Made by a program: the position numbers and the translations under genes. From the NCBI GenBank assembly GCA_003724325.1, contig RHFD01000049.1:1-40077 (forward strand): 40,077 nucleotides of DNA, written 5' to 3'. Source of the stretch: Nitrosopumilus sp. D6 (GTDB taxonomy: Archaea > Thermoproteota > Nitrososphaeria > Nitrososphaerales > Nitrosopumilaceae). Below, in pieces: positions 36,636 to 40,077 of the stretch (its first letter is position 1; every line of letters begins with the position of its first letter). Below the pieces are notes generated by a model. The model did no database searches and was not told the DNA's origin. It was given only the letters and a program-made list of their open reading frames with translations.

Positions 36636-38111
36636 ATGGGAATGCTAGAGATAACCTCAACACCGATGATACTTGTCTTAATACTTGGTACTACGGGAGT
36701 GGCGCTTCCCATAGTTAGTATTGCAAGAAGGGAGCGCGGCTCTAACTCGTTTTACGCAGTAATTGCGTTTGCAGCGCTTGCAGCATCAATTGCCTATGTA
36801 GGGTATAGGTTTCTCACGGGGGATGTGGCAGAGTCTGCAGTATTCTCAAAAGATGTCCTAGGTGATGATGCGTTTGGAGGATTCTTTGCAATAGCAATGA
36901 TCATAGTGGCGCTGTTTACCACTGCAGGCTCGTTTAACTATATGAGAAAGCGCAATTCACCTGCCGCATACTATTCGCTGATACTGCTTGCCACCATTGG
37001 AATGGTGCTAGTCGCGTATTCGACTGATCTAGTAATGCTCTTTGTGGCATGGGAGCTGATGAGCATTCCCACATACGTTCTTGCCGGATTTCTAAAAAAG
37101 AACCCGAGCTCAAATGAGGCGGCTCTAAAGTACTTTTTATTCGGAGCGCTCTCCTCTGCCATCATTGTATATGCCATCTCGCTGTCATACGGACTGACCG
37201 GCTCTACAAACATTGGCGAGGTGATACGCGGGCTTGCGGCGCTCGATCCGTCACTCATGCCGCTTGCGCTGCTCTCAGTAGGGCTGTTTATCGCAGGGTT
37301 TGGATTCAAGATGGGCCTTGTGCCGTTTCATCAGTGGCTTCCTGACACCTACGAGGGTGCACCACCCCCGGTAGTGGCGCTGCTTGCAGCGGCTACAAAA
37401 AAGGCCGGGTTTGCAGCGGCAATTCGAATAGTCATACTCGGCATGGTGGCGCTAAGCCTTGACTGGACGCTGGCGCTCGGGATAATTGCGGTAATGACTA
37501 TGACTGTGGGAAACGTGGCTGCCATTATGCAAAAGAGCATCTCTAGGATGCTTGCATACTCGAGCATAGGACATGCCGGCTACATACTCATCGGACTCGC
37601 AGTCTCGCCCCACACGCCGCTGGGACTGCAGGGATCATTATACCAGATACTAAACCACGCAGTCATGAAGGGGGCGGCATTTATAGCAATTGGAGGCATT
37701 GTGACTGCGCTTGCAGTGACTCATATTGACAAGCTGGCAGGGCTTGGAAGAAAGATGCCTGTCACGGCCATGGGTCTGGTCTTGTCCCTGTTTGCGCTTG
37801 CGGGAATTCCGCCGTTGTCTGGATTTTGGAGCAAGCTCGTACTGTTTGGAGGTGCGCTTGATGCAGGCTCGACGTTGTGGTGGGCCCCGTGGCTTGCGAT
37901 TGCCGGCGTGCTTAATAGCGCCCTCTCGCTTGCATACTATGGTTGGATTACAAGAAAGATGTACTTTGAAGGCGAGCGTGAAAAAAGGATTGCAGAGCCA
38001 AAGTCAGTAATGGCAGTAATGATCTTTGCATCTATATTCCTTGTAGGATTTGGAATTTATCCAGAGCCGCTCATACAGTTTGTCGAGTTTGCAGCTCCGG
38101 TCATACCTTGA
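36636..38111 (+). CDS. nuoN: NADH-quinone oxidoreductase subunit N
   Basis: EAALKYF, FKMGLVPFHQWLPDTYEGAP, RMLAYSSIGHAGY; GGAGG just upstream. Confidence 0.93.
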   Translation: MGMLEITSTPMILVLILGTTGVALPIVSIARRERGSNSFYAVIAFAALAASIAYVGYRFLTGDVAESAVFSKDVLGDDAFGGFFAIAMIIVALFTTAGSFNYMRKRNSPAAYYSLILLATIGMVLVAYSTDLVMLFVAWELMSIPTYVLAGFLKKNPSSNEAALKYFLFGALSSAIIVYAISLSYGLTGSTNIGEVIRGLAALDPSLMPLALLSVGLFIAGFGFKMGLVPFHQWLPDTYEGAPPPVVALLAAATKKAGFAAAIRIVILGMVALSLDWTLALGIIAVMTMTVGNVAAIMQKSISRMLAYSSIGHAGYILIGLAVSPHTPLGLQGSLYQILNHAVMKGAAFIAIGGIVTALAVTHIDKLAGLGRKMPVTAMGLVLSLFALAGIPPLSGFWSKLVLFGGALDAGSTLWWAPWLAIAGVLNSALSLAYYGWITRKMYFEGEREKRIAEPKSVMAVMIFASIFLVGFGIYPEPLIQFVEFAAPVIP

Positions 38112-38952
38112 ATGAAGTAAATCCTATCAGGTTCTCAAGGCCCGTCTTTGCATCCCCGTCTGGTATCTTGCGGAGTCCGATTTTTGCCTTTTCAGAGTAC
38201 TCTTTTAGGAGTTCTTCCATCTTGTCAAATACGACCCTCGGGTCGGCGCTCTTTTTAATGAGCGTGTTGAATAGCTTGTCTTCGTTCTTCCAGTCAAGTA
38301 AGTCGTCGCGGATCTGGTATGCAATGCCAATGTTTCTGCCATACGCGGTGAGCGCCTCTATCTGTTCTTCTGTTCCACCTGCAATGATTGCGCCGGTTCT
38401 TGCTGCCACCTCAAAGGCAGTGGCCGTCTTGTACTCGATTACGCGCAAATAGTCATCAAACGTGACGTCCTCGCTTGCCTCTAGACGGCTCTCGATCATC
38501 TCGCCCTCGCTCATCAGCATGGCAGTAGTGGCAAGATCCTTTGTTATGCGGGGGTTATCAAGGCGCGATGATATCGCGAGAATCAGCCCGAGTACAAAGT
38601 CGCCGGTAAGAATGCTGGTATTGTATCCGTATTTTATGTGAAAGGGATCCTTTTGTCTGCGCATCGTCTCATTGTCGATTATATCATCATGTATTATCGA
38701 CTCCATGTGTAAAAATTCCACGGCGCACAATGCTGCAAGCGCGTTTTCATCTATTACTCCGACACTCTCGACTGCAAGCGCGAGTATGACTGGTCTAATT
38801 CTCTTGCCGCCATCAAGAGAGTATTTGAGGGGCTCGATGAACTCGGATTCAGAGTATATGGCAAGCTCCTTTTCGAGGGCCTGATCTATCATCTGTATGT
38901 ACCTCCCATAGGTCCCTAGCAGCGGATTTATCTCAATGTTTTTCCTGTCCAA
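38101..38952 (-). CDS. Polyprenyl diphosphate synthase (GGPP synthase family)
   Basis: GGKRIRP, FARM HDDIID, KT motif, SARM QIRDDLLD. Confidence 0.92.
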   Translation of the reverse strand: MDRKNIEINPLLGTYGRYIQMIDQALEKELAIYSESEFIEPLKYSLDGGKRIRPVILALAVESVGVIDENALAALCAVEFLHMESIIHDDIIDNETMRRQKDPFHIKYGYNTSILTGDFVLGLILAISSRLDNPRITKDLATTAMLMSEGEMIESRLEASEDVTFDDYLRVIEYKTATAFEVAARTGAIIAGGTEEQIEALTAYGRNIGIAYQIRDDLLDWKNEDKLFNTLIKKSADPRVVFDKMEELLKEYSEKAKIGLRKIPDGDAKTGLENLIGFTSFKV

Positions 38953-38994
38953 TATTGCCTGATCGAAAAAGCTCTGCCATTGCTAATTAAATCT

Positions 38995-39088
38995 TGGTGC
39001 TCCAGCCGGGACTTTCATCTTACGATTTTGAACCCGGGATCACTGCCTTGAAAGGGCAGTATGCTTGACCGGCCTACACCACTGGAAC
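38995..39088 (-). tRNA. tRNA-Glu(UUC) with 15-nt T-loop intron (39012-39026) and encoded CCA
   Basis: Acceptor GTTCCAG/CTGGAGC, anticodon arm CTGCC-CTTTCAA-GGCAG, T stem CCGGG/CCCGG around a 22-nt loop with a BHB motif. Confidence 0.92.
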
Positions 39089-39168
39089 CCAAAAAAATTA
39101 GGTATTCTGACCATAAAATCTTTTGTAAACCACAAAGACTTTTTTATCGGCTTTCCACGAGTCCACAC

Positions 39169-39804
39169 ATGGATGTAATTAATCGCATAGACGGGATAAT
39201 AGAGGAGCACAGTCTCCTAAAGCATCCGTTTTACCAGAAATGGTCAGAAGGCAAGCTTGAATGCAGATCGCTTGCAGGGTATTCAAAAGAGTATTTCCAG
39301 CTTGTAAAGGCAGTCCCGCTGTTTATGGTGCCTATAATCAGGGCAGCTCCAGAGTCTGCAAAGTGTGAGCTAGAGGCAAACATGCAAGAAGAGTCAGACC
39401 ACATACTGCCGTGGACTGACTTTGCAGGCGAGCTTGGGGTTACAGGCGATGAATTGGCATCTTGTGAGGGGCTTGAAAAGACGCGCAAGGCCGTATCTGA
39501 ACTTGAAATACTGATGAATACATATGATGCAGGCGCGTCTGCAATGTATGCTCTTGAAAAGGAGATTCCAAAGATTAGTCAGACAAAGCTTGACGGACTG
39601 GCAGAGTTTTATAACATTACGTCCCAAAAGGCGACAGAATATTTCAAGCTCCACACAGAGGCAGACATTAGGCATGCGGCATCATGGCGCCACATACTAG
39701 AGCAGTCCCGTGCCGATCCCGGGGATCTGATAAATGCCGCAGAAAAATCAGTCAGGGCGCAAAACCTGCTGCTTGATGGCTGCTATGAAGAGTACTGCTC
39801 ATAA
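39169..39804 (+). CDS. CADD/PqqC-like heme-oxygenase-like dimetal protein (candidate pABA synthase)
   Basis: LLKHPFYQKWSEGKL, EESDH, YALE...SQTKLDGL, YFKLHTEADIRH; ATG at 39169. Confidence 0.85.
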   Translation: MDVINRIDGIIEEHSLLKHPFYQKWSEGKLECRSLAGYSKEYFQLVKAVPLFMVPIIRAAPESAKCELEANMQEESDHILPWTDFAGELGVTGDELASCEGLEKTRKAVSELEILMNTYDAGASAMYALEKEIPKISQTKLDGLAEFYNITSQKATEYFKLHTEADIRHAASWRHILEQSRADPGDLINAAEKSVRAQNLLLDGCYEEYCS

Positions 39805-39840
39805 CATTTTATATCAAGCCCCTGGCAAGTCTTGCTTGTG

Positions 39841-39914
39841 GGGCCCGTAACTCAGCTTGGTAGAGTAACCGGCTCATAACCGGTGAGCCAAGGGATCGAA
39901 GCCCTTCGGGCCCA
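39841..39914 (+). tRNA. tRNA with CAU anticodon, probably tRNA-Ile2
   Basis: GGGCCCG/CGGGCCC acceptor, ACCGG-CTCATAA-CCGGT arm; no A1-U72 or triple G-C initiator marks; TATA TTTTATAT at ~39807. Confidence 0.9.
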
Positions 39915-39983
39915 TAACCCCCAGTGTACGAGTCCTCCAAGATATTCCTGCAGGATTTTTTGGCATTTAATGGTTTTTCAGAA

Positions 39984-40077
39984 CTAGGGCTCAATCCCTT
40001 GTTGTAACGCGTCCTTCAAAAACCTGAGAGCTTTGTACTCTAGAGAGAACGAGTCCTTGTTTTTCTTGCAGATGTGC
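39984..40077 (-). CDS. Possible 3' end of a gene running off the window
   Basis: Frame ...HICKKNKDSFSLEYKALRFLKDALQQGIEP* is open to the window edge; short, no motif. Confidence 0.3.
   Translation of the reverse strand, partial: HICKKNKDSFSLEYKALRFLKDALQQGIEP

Noticed and set aside
39061-39168. N-terminal extension of the CADD-like ORF
   Set aside because: Overlaps tRNA-Glu and promoter DNA; ATG 39169 is the better start.
39809-39994. 61-aa minus-strand ORF
   Set aside because: Antisense to the tRNA(CAU) gene.
39915-40077. Integrated element downstream of tRNA(CAU)
   Set aside because: No integrase or duplicated tRNA end visible within the window; cannot be judged.

Overview
Core-genome window of an ammonia-oxidising archaeon (Nitrososphaerota/Thaumarchaeota, Nitrosopumilaceae-like, visibly more GC-rich than free-living Nitrosopumilus). 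It holds alba, the sdhACDB operon, argH, tfe, trm56, hflX, a PhoU regulator, nac, a UbiD decarboxylase, ferredoxin-NADP reductase, rfcL, the acetyl/propionyl-CoA carboxylase operon of the 3HP/4HB cycle, an 11-subunit complex I (nuoABCDHIJKMLN, no nuoEFG in the operon), a polyprenyl synthase, a CADD/PqqC-like protein, tRNA-Glu(UUC) with a T-loop intron and tRNA(CAU). No CRISPR array or transposase was seen. Most notable: (1) a frameshifting deletion in the carboxyltransferase gene; (2) a 'hypothetical' protein with a degenerate isoprenoid-synthase motif series; (3) a HemA paralog lacking the catalytic Cys; (4) an AT-rich, translationally coupled three-gene insert; (5) candidate operators for PadR and PhoU; (6) a 3x69-bp repeat in nuoC; (7) two small genes missed by the ORF track. 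All family calls are by eye and from memory; no database searches were run.
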